Below the pieces are notes generated by a model that ran no database searches, was not told where the DNA came from, and saw only the letters and a list, made by a program, of their open reading frames with translations. Shown here in pieces: positions 17,968-18,395 of a stretch of 18,395 bases of DNA. Source of the DNA: Deltaproteobacteria bacterium TL4 (GTDB lineage Bacteria; SAR324; NAC60-12); assembly GCA_051382335.1 (NCBI GenBank), contig JBBCAX010000326.1, forward strand, positions 1 to 18,395, in the 5' to 3' direction. Both the position numbers and the translations under genes were made by a program. Every line of letters begins with the position of its first letter. Within the stretch, counting starts at the first letter, position 1.

Positions 17968-18015
17968 CTTCGACTCCGCTCAGCCTGCGAGATTTTTCCC
18001 TGAGCGAAGTCGAAG
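17968..18015. repeat. REP-like palindrome
   Basis: CTTCGACTCCGCTCAG / CTGAGCGAAGTCGAAG, 15/16 complementary. Confidence 0.8.
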
Positions 18016-18165
18016 AGGGGACCTGACAAAATGATGGCGATGGCCCCTGACTCTAAAAAACCAAACAAGGCAAATGTTCCTTAAATCAGAAACATTGAAA
18101 GAGAGGATTGCCTTTATAATTGCAGAGAAAACGAGGTAGAAAGTCTCGCGACCAAGACAGACCCA

Positions 18166-18395
18166 TCAGAAGGTTTTGGGCGTAAAATTGGCGGGAGTTT
18201 CGAGGGAAAAGACTTCATCATGGATGGCGGCCAGATACAGACCCGATTGCAGGACGTCCTCTCTCATTGAAGATTCGGTATCCACATAGACTAACATTCC
18301 CCGGATGGTTTTGTCGGAAAACTCAGGGAAAAACATCCGGAAGTTTTTCAGAATCTCCAGCGTTTGGTCCAGATCCCGTTGTTCCAGACGACTTT
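18166..18395 (-). CDS. Partial (3' end) PD-(D/E)XK-like / DUF3782-type protein
   Basis: Manual translation SRLEQRDLDQTLEILKNFRMFFPEFSDKTIRG...GLYLAAIHDEVFSLETPANFTPKTF*; runs off the window edge. Confidence 0.6.
   Translation of the reverse strand, partial: SRLEQRDLDQTLEILKNFRMFFPEFSDKTIRGMLVYVDTESSMREDVLQSGLYLAAIHDEVFSLETPANFTPKTF

Noticed and set aside
1..18395. Complete DGR cassette (TR, RT, avd)
   Set aside because: No second copy of the VR and no RT motifs seen; the AAC-rich stretch near 11950-12000 is ordinary LamG coding sequence.

Overview
Bacterial accessory/surface-protein region. The RomR-like gene and myxobacterial-style Ig lipoproteins suggest a deltaproteobacterial-type host (inference only). 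Left to right: (1) a disrupted secreted-protein gene with a 9x ATTCACC tract in its leader; (2) a secreted protein ending in a DUF1566 domain whose last ~45 codons look like a diversity-generating retroelement (DGR) variable region, with no template repeat or RT in the window; (3) a hypothetical gene and a transposase remnant; (4) an ~8.8 kb segment bracketed by 24-bp inverted repeats (4364-4387 / 13164-13187), carrying three paralogous lipoproteins with a shared Ig-like stalk but unrelated C-terminal tips (C-type lectin; Ig/PKD plus unknown; LamG plus DNRLRE-like), and one intact plus several decayed toxin-antitoxin modules; (5) a 5'-truncated LamG chimera beginning at the right repeat; (6) a divergent Hfq-like gene, a 1110-aa acidic pseudo-receiver (RomR-like) gene and a partial PD-(D/E)XK-like gene. 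Intergenic DNA is dense with nested palindromic MITE/REP-like elements, one with a clean 8-bp target-site duplication. All family calls come from motif recognition by eye; no searches were run.
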